From the NCBI RefSeq assembly GCF_036963605.1, contig NZ_JBALUY010000002.1:961-64960 (forward strand): 64,000 nucleotides of DNA, in the 5' to 3' direction. Both the position numbers and the translations under genes were made by a program. The notes beneath the pieces are model-generated. The model was given only the letters and a program-made list of their open reading frames with translations, was not told the origin of the DNA and ran no database searches. Source of the stretch: Phenylobacterium sp. GTDB lineage: Bacteria; Pseudomonadota; Alphaproteobacteria; Caulobacterales; Caulobacteraceae. The stretch's first letter is position 1; every line of letters begins with the position of its first letter. Of this stretch, positions 62,759-64,000 are shown in pieces.

Positions 62759-64000
62759 GTGGGCGCCGCCGGATCAGCCGCCAGGGGCGGGCCTTCCACG
62801 GGGGCGTCCGGCGCCGCGCCCACTGTCGGGAGATCGCTGACATCGGGCATGGGCAGGGGGCGCTCGATCCGGGCCCGGATCTCGGGGTCCTTCAGCAGGG
62901 CCACCCGCATCACTTCGCGGGCCCGGGGGGCCGCGGCGGTGGCGCCGCCCTTGCCGCCGTGCTGGATAATGACCGACACCGCATAGCGGGGATCATCCAC
63001 CGGCGCGAAAGCCACATAGAGATTGTGGTCCTTGAGTCCCCAACGGACGCTGTCGCTGCTGCGCGAGGCCACCCCGTCATAGCTGCGGACCTGGGCCGTG
63101 CCGGTCTTGCCGGCCATCATCACATCGCCCAGGCCAAGCTGGCTCTGGCGATAGGCGGTGCCGCTGCGGTCATTGGCCACCGAGATCATGCCGGCGCGAA
63201 CATAGTCGAGATGCTCGGTGGAGAACGGCAGAGCCGCGACCTCGTCTCCCGGCGGCATTTCCACGCCCCCTACCGACTTGACCAGCCGCGGGTTGAGCGC
63301 CTTGCGACCATTGGCCAGGCGCGCGGTCATCACCGCCAGTTGCAGGCCGTTGACCGCCACATAGCCCTGGCCGATCCCGTAGCTGACGGAATCCCCGGGA
63401 TGCCAGGTGGGGTCGCGCTTGACCTGGGTGCGCTTCCATTCGGTGGAGCCGACCACGCCGCTGCGTTGGCCCGGAATGCCGATGTCGAAGGTCTGGCCAA
63501 AGCCCAGGGCCTTGGCCGCGCGGGCGATGTAGTCGGGGCCCATGCGCAGGGCGACCTGATAGAAATAGATGTCGCACGAGTTCTTGATGGCGTCGTGCAT
63601 GTTCTGGGGGCCGTGGCCCCCGTGGCGCCAGCAGCGCCAGGTCCGCCCGCCGAAGTACCAGCCGCCGGAGCAGTTGATCCGCTGTTCGGGGTCGATCCCC
63701 GCCTCCAGCGCCGCCAGGGCGACCGTCGGCTTGAAGGTGGAGCCCGGCGGATAGGTGCCGCTCATGGCCTTGTCGAGCAGGGGCCGGCGCTCATAGTCGG
63801 CCAGGGCGCGGTACTCGGCCGTCGATAGACCCCGGACAAAGCGGTTGGCGTCGAAGCTGGGCGTCGAGACCATGCACAGCAGGTCGCCGCTGCGGCAGTC
63901 CATGACGACGATGGCGCCGCTCTCGTCGCCCATCACCTCCAGGGCGCGATTCTGGATATCGACGTCCAGGGTCAGGGCGACGGTCTTGCCGGCCTCGGCG
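62755..64000 (-). CDS. mrdA: penicillin-binding protein 2 (transpeptidase), N-terminus beyond the window
   Basis: STFK active-site motif, SCD, KTGTA. The frame stays open to position 64000 (...AEAGKTVALTLDVDIQNRALEVMMGDE), so the gene is partial. Confidence 0.92.
   Translation of the reverse strand, partial: AEAGKTVALTLDVDIQNRALEVMGDESGAIVVMDCRSGDLLCMVSTPSFDANRFVRGLSTAEYRALADYERRPLLDKAMSGTYPPGSTFKPTVALAALEAGIDPEQRINCSGGWYFGGRTWRCWRHGGHGPQNMHDAIKNSCDIYFYQVALRMGPDYIARAAKALGFGQTFDIGIPGQRSGVVGSTEWKRTQVKRDPTWHPGDSVSYGIGQGYVAVNGLQLAVMTARLANGRKALNPRLVKSVGGVEMPPGDEVAALPFSTEHLDYVRAGMISVANDRSGTAYRQSQLGLGDVMMAGKTGTAQVRSYDGVASRSSDSVRWGLKDHNLYVAFAPVDDPRYAVSVIIQHGGKGGATAAAPRAREVMRVALLKDPEIRARIERPLPMPDVSDLPTVGAAPDAPVEGPPLAADPAAPT

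Noticed and set aside
61646-62986. 446-aa plus-strand ORF
   Set aside because: Antisense to rodA/mrdA. His/Gly/Gln/Asp-rich shadow frame.

Overview
High-GC alphaproteobacterial chromosome segment, Caulobacterales-like by gene content. I call about 70 protein genes. I found no rRNA, tRNA, CRISPR array, integrase or transposase. Many long ORFs in the track are antisense or shadow frames typical of GC-rich DNA, and I rejected them.

Core content:
- a six-gene pha/mrp cation/proton antiporter operon (8756-14711, minus strand)
- infA
- methylmalonyl-CoA mutase mutA/mutB
- cysD-cysNC
- an adaA-alkA/ogt alkylation-repair pair
- a TipN-like coiled-coil membrane protein
- a TonB-dependent receptor
- several MFS, ABC-2 and SulP transporters
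- rodA-mrdA at the right edge

Accessory or unusual content, in window order:
1. A LexA/CI-type S24 repressor flanked by three CTGTA-N7-TACAG palindromes and small translationally coupled genes. A frameshifted parE/relB pair lies next to it (713-3660).
2. A visibly AT-richer single-gene islet encoding a 278-aa orphan protein with a hydrophobic C-terminus (16830-17666).
3. A phd/vapC module bracketed by two direct copies of a 97-bp multi-hairpin repeat (23490-24435).
4. A two-gene cassette: a cyclase-fold plus HTH (SatD-like) protein coupled to a small membrane protein, behind two tandem GGGATA-N11-TATCCC operators (29232-30402). The neighbouring SulP gene lacks its STAS domain.
5. A D14/KAI2/RsbQ-type hydrolase followed immediately by a PAS hybrid histidine kinase (40665-43080).
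6. An intrinsic-terminator hairpin 28 nt upstream of cysD.
7. An AT-richer islet with an HNH (GH-E-like) nuclease, an acidic candidate immunity protein and a second vapBC pair (46278-48488).
8. A MerR HTH fused in frame to a complete long-form PurC (49720-51093).

The SatD-like cassette, the S24-repressor cassette and the MerR-PurC fusion are my best candidates for undescribed biology. All family assignments come from motif recognition by eye and need HMM or structure confirmation.
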